Shown: one piece after another, positions 37,040 through 39,947 of the stretch | How positions within the stretch are numbered: position 1 is the stretch's first letter | Layout of the letters: each line of letters begins with the position of its first letter | Sequence record: SRR2962707_2659 | DNA length: 39,947 nt | Reading direction: 5' to 3' (one strand) | Translations under genes and position numbers: made by a program | The notes under the pieces: generated by a model | What the model saw: the letters and a program-made list of their open reading frames with translations, nothing else | What the model was told of the DNA's origin: nothing | Database searches by the model: none

Positions 37040-38209
37040 TTAATCGGCCGCCTCTTTCGCATCCGTCTCTTGAATGACCTCTTCATTGTCATTCGCAGGT
37101 TCTTTGAAGATCGCTTTATTCATACGTTCAACCACGGCAGCCGTGTGCTGGTCGCTTAAATGGGCATACCGCTTGACCATCTGCAAAGTTTTGTGGCCAA
37201 GCACTTCGGCAATCTCCGCCAGGGTCGCCCCGTTCATTGCCAGATAGCTGGCTGCGCTGTGCCGCAGATCATGAAAACGAAAATCTTCAATATCCGCTAA
37301 GTGCGTTGCCTCGATAAAGTGCTCACTGATATGCATCGGCGCTACACCAGTGGCGCCGGGAAAGACCAGCGCATCTGACGAGGGATTCTCTTCGTTATAA
37401 AGCGCCTGAAGCAACTCAAGCGCCACGTGAGTCAATGGCAGCGCTCGACGTTCGTTATTTTTTGTTTTCTCTAAGCGCGCAACTCCACGTTCCAGATCGA
37501 TATCTCTCCACCGGAGGTTCATGATTTCGCTGTGACGAGCACCCGTCGAAAGCGCGAGAACAACTATTGTGTATAGATATGGATTTCGACTGGCTCTACA
37601 CGCCGTCAACAATCGCTCGCGCTCGGCATCAGATAGGAACCTCACCCTGCCTCTTGGTTCTCTGAGACGGCTTACCTTTGCAACGGGATTCTGTTGAAGC
37701 CACCCCCACTCCCTAACGGCGACACTGTACATAACAGACAGGCTAGCTAGATACCTGTTCACCGTCGCAACGGACTTTAAACGTTTCACATTGCCGTTTT
37801 CGTCGCGCAATGGCCGTCCGCGAGAATCCAGCACTGGCGATGCCTTCAGCTCGTCCCTCAACTTTGAAATACGGGCCGGGCTTACGGAGGTTAAGGCGTA
37901 GTGCCCAAGTCTTTTCTTCCACCAAAGCAGGTGTCGCCTAATTGCCCTTTCGGCAATTGGCTCGGTATGTCGATAAGGAACAACGTCCTCCAGATATCTA
38001 TCGACCACCTCCCCAAACGTGCGATTCTTCGTCGAACCATCCCCAAAATGCCTTCCTTCAAGAATGGCAGCCTCCGTCTGGGTGGCCCACCGCACCGCAT
38101 CAGTTTTCCTTTTGAAGGTCGCTATCTGCGGGGGATACCCTTTCAGGCGAACAATGACTTGGTATCGCTTTTCTCCGGTTCTCGTTTTTCTCTCTAAAAT
38201 ATTAGCCAC
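37040..38209 (-). CDS. int: Tyrosine integrase 2, 389 aa, paralogue of integrase 1
   Basis: TGARHSE, TKN, HDLRH, LGH, RYAH all intact; GTG start. Confidence 0.95.
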   Translation of the reverse strand: MANILERKTRTGEKRYQVIVRLKGYPPQIATFKRKTDAVRWATQTEAAILEGRHFGDGSTKNRTFGEVVDRYLEDVVPYRHTEPIAERAIRRHLLWWKKRLGHYALTSVSPARISKLRDELKASPVLDSRGRPLRDENGNVKRLKSVATVNRYLASLSVMYSVAVREWGWLQQNPVAKVSRLREPRGRVRFLSDAERERLLTACRASRNPYLYTIVVLALSTGARHSEIMNLRWRDIDLERGVARLEKTKNNERRALPLTHVALELLQALYNEENPSSDALVFPGATGVAPMHISEHFIEATHLADIEDFRFHDLRHSAASYLAMNGATLAEIAEVLGHKTLQMVKRYAHLSDQHTAAVVERMNKAIFKEPANDNEEVIQETDAKEAAD

Positions 38210-38279
38210 ATTAAAATCACCAATTATTCTTTATACGGAGTATAATAGCAGAAATCCGACACATACGAAACAATTTCAT

Positions 38280-38527
38280 GCTGCACTCTCGCTGCACTTG
38301 GGGTCAAAAAATCACAGCATTGAGCATATTTATTTTGTATACAGATTAAATTATCCCATTGAAATTATTGGGATTCGCAATCAGCAGGAATTGACAAGAA
38401 TGCACTTGTAGAGACTTAAAATCCTTCCAGTGCCGGTTCGAGTCCGGCCAAGGGCACCATAAAATTCAACGACTTATCCGAACCCACAGAAACTCAAAAC
38501 CTACTAACGCTGCACTCTCGCTGCACT
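38280..38527 (+). other. Intact attP-like site for integrase 2
   Basis: Identical arm repeats GCTGCACTCTCGCTGCACT at 38280-38298 and 38509-38527 flank a tRNA 3' half; IHF-like ATTCAACGACTTA just after CCA. Confidence 0.82.
38413..38459 (+). repeat. tRNA-Leu(TAA) 3' half (att core, not a full tRNA gene)
   Basis: GACTTAAAATCC anticodon loop, GCCGG-TTCGAGT-CCGGC T arm, CAAGGGC-A-CCA; no D arm upstream. Confidence 0.85.
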
Positions 38528-38582
38528 CACTCACAAGCCCAACCACAGAAGAAGCCAAGCAGCGCATTGCCCCAACAAAGAT

Positions 38583-39746
38583 TCAGTCGGCAACGGTCAT
38601 GGCCTCACGGTATCGTCCGGATACAACCGGGTCGATGCGATCTGCCTGCGCTAGTGCCCAAGTTGCCCATTCCTGAAGATCAGGACTCTCAGTTTCCACC
38701 AATGCCCTGACCTCTTCGACATAGGCACGGATATCCTGCGCCTTCCTCAGTGCGGCCGCGTCTGCGAGTAAACCATCTACGCGCTCCTTCTCCAGACGTT
38801 CTTGACGCTCGCGCTCTTTGCGCTCCGCCTCTTCTTTTTCGCGGCGGCGGTCTTCAATGATTTTGGCTTTGCGCTCCAAGGTCCATTCATAAGAATACTG
38901 CATCGCCTCGCGATACTGCCGCTCCCCTGCGGTGATTAACTCCACCACAATATCGGTGATGGCGTTTTCGACGGGATTGTCGTCGGCATCTTCCCAACTC
39001 ATTCGCATGTGGTCAGGGGAACGCCACGAAAGAATGACGACTTTCATACGCCCAGAAGGCTTGCGTGGCTTTTCATAGCAAGAAGGGTGAGCGGAGATAT
39101 CGGCCTTGGAATCGTCAACCGAAAAGTTCACAAGTTGATCGTTCACCTGAACGCCCAACGTCCGCGCCTCTTTGCCGCTGAGCGTCGGCTTCATGCCGTA
39201 GCGTTGCACGGCAGTGAATATGGCATTGATGATACGGAGCCGCCTCCGCTCAAACGGCGTATCGAATAGCGGCTTATCCCATACGAAGGGTTTGCCTATC
39301 GCATTTATCCGGCGCTGTTCGTCGGCGTCCAACAGCTTCGTAACGTGATGATGTGCCTTATTGAGGCTATTTGGAACGGTGACGCGACCCACTCCGGTTC
39401 TTACCTCAGCCTCTACTTCACTTATGTCGCGCTCGAACACCGGGGGCTGAGGATCAGAAGCCACAATCTCATCGTCGTCCTGTCGCGTGTGGCCCCCATA
39501 ATAAGATGTGGCGCCGACCACCACGCCATCGGTCACGCCTAAACCCCGTGGAGGCAAAGGACGCTGATGCACTTTCTTTCCGGCGCGGAGCTTCGCCCAA
39601 TATCCCCGCTCGGGTAGTGGGATGTCTGCACGACGGCAGGCCTTTGCCAGGCCAACGTCGGACAAGCCGAAACGGGCAGAGACCGTTTTCATCGGCTCAG
39701 CCCAAACAAGATCGTAGAGTTCCTGACGGGTGAATTGATGCGCCAT
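38583..39746 (-). CDS. Hypothetical protein with N-terminal HTH-like motif and charged C-terminal coil, 387 aa
   Basis: AAGGAGG RBS; TRQELYDLVW.EPM..V...FGLSDVGLAK.C..IP.P.RGYWAK. Confidence 0.82.
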   Translation of the reverse strand: MAHQFTRQELYDLVWAEPMKTVSARFGLSDVGLAKACRRADIPLPERGYWAKLRAGKKVHQRPLPPRGLGVTDGVVVGATSYYGGHTRQDDDEIVASDPQPPVFERDISEVEAEVRTGVGRVTVPNSLNKAHHHVTKLLDADEQRRINAIGKPFVWDKPLFDTPFERRRLRIINAIFTAVQRYGMKPTLSGKEARTLGVQVNDQLVNFSVDDSKADISAHPSCYEKPRKPSGRMKVVILSWRSPDHMRMSWEDADDNPVENAITDIVVELITAGERQYREAMQYSYEWTLERKAKIIEDRRREKEEAERKERERQERLEKERVDGLLADAAALRKAQDIRAYVEEVRALVETESPDLQEWATWALAQADRIDPVVSGRYREAMTVAD

Positions 39747-39850
39747 GCTCGCCTCCTTAGCTATGGAAGCAAGAAGCATGAAAACCCGACGCAACAAGTT
39801 CAAGAAAGCGCGGCGCCAGTTACATCGTTTGTTGGCACATTCTGAAATCT

Positions 39851-39873
39851 AGTGTGCCCAAAGTGTGCCCAGA
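39851..39873 (+). promoter_or_regulatory. Integrase-1 arm-type site at right end
   Basis: AGTGTGCCCAAAGTGTGCCCAGA, matches 145-167. Confidence 0.8.
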
Positions 39874-39900
39874 GGCATTTTCGGGACGCACAGGTTTCTA

Positions 39901-39913
39901 TAAGTCATTGATT
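39901..39913 (-). promoter_or_regulatory. IHF-binding consensus beside att core
   Basis: Reverse complement AATCAATGACTTA matches WATCAANNNNTTR. Confidence 0.6.
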
Positions 39914-39917
39914 TGAT

Positions 39918-39947
39918 TGGTAGCGGAGCCCAGATTCGAACTGGGGA
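39918..39947 (-). tRNA. 3' end of tRNA-Met(CAT) (partial; continues beyond window); right att site
   Basis: Reverse complement TCCCCAGTTCGAATCTGGGCTCCGCTACCA = T arm, acceptor 3' strand and CCA; anticodon inferred from overlapping fragment at 1-31. Confidence 0.85.

Larger units (their letters stand above)
1..39947. mobile_element. Integrative mobilizable element / genomic island at tRNA-Met(CAT)
   Basis: tRNA-derived direct repeat CGAACTGGGGA at 1-11 and 39937-39947; matching arm repeats near both ends; integrase next to left end; relaxase, MobC, oriT and coupling proteins but no VirB-type genes. Confidence 0.92.

Noticed and set aside
36868-37092. 74-aa ORF between int2 and xis2
   Set aside because: It overlaps the int2 end, has no RBS or motif, and is probably the xis2 promoter region
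38380-38459. Complete tRNA-Leu gene
   Set aside because: No D arm; GCACTTG at 38402 could pair with the acceptor strand but lies too close to the anticodon loop
1-39947. Self-transmissible ICE or prophage
   Set aside because: No VirB/Trb mating-pair genes and no phage structural genes

Overview
The whole window is one ~40 kb integrative mobilizable element (IME) inserted in the 3' part of a tRNA-Met(CAT) gene. The displaced tRNA fragment is at 1-31 and the tRNA 3' end is at 39918-39947 (minus strand). The host is probably an alphaproteobacterium (inferred from DUF736, the BID-like relaxase tail and the tRNA sequence). Backbone: two paralogous integrase-excisionase modules at opposite ends, the second next to its own apparently unused attP carrying a tRNA-Leu(TAA) 3' half between arm repeats; MobC, a MOBP relaxase and oriT; two VirD4/TraG coupling proteins; DUF736; ArdC; no mating-pair genes. 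Cargo: a non-canonical DISARM-like operon (N6-MTase, 885-aa unknown, DrmA-like helicase, DUF1998 DrmB-like, no DrmC); a small tyrosine recombinase enclosed by its own inverted sites beside a lipoprotein cluster; a Fic gene with four 24-bp-periodic upstream repeats and a coupled P-loop kinase; hipBA directly upstream of a Gabija-like OLD/UvrD pair; a PD-(D/E)xK nuclease; and a five-gene cluster (GNAT, two 2OG-Fe(II) oxygenases, a 95-aa protein and a YcfD/RoxA-like JmjC enzyme). In that JmjC enzyme the HxD iron motif reads HxG, the hallmark of Fe/2OG radical halogenases. All calls come from reading motifs by eye; no database searches were run.
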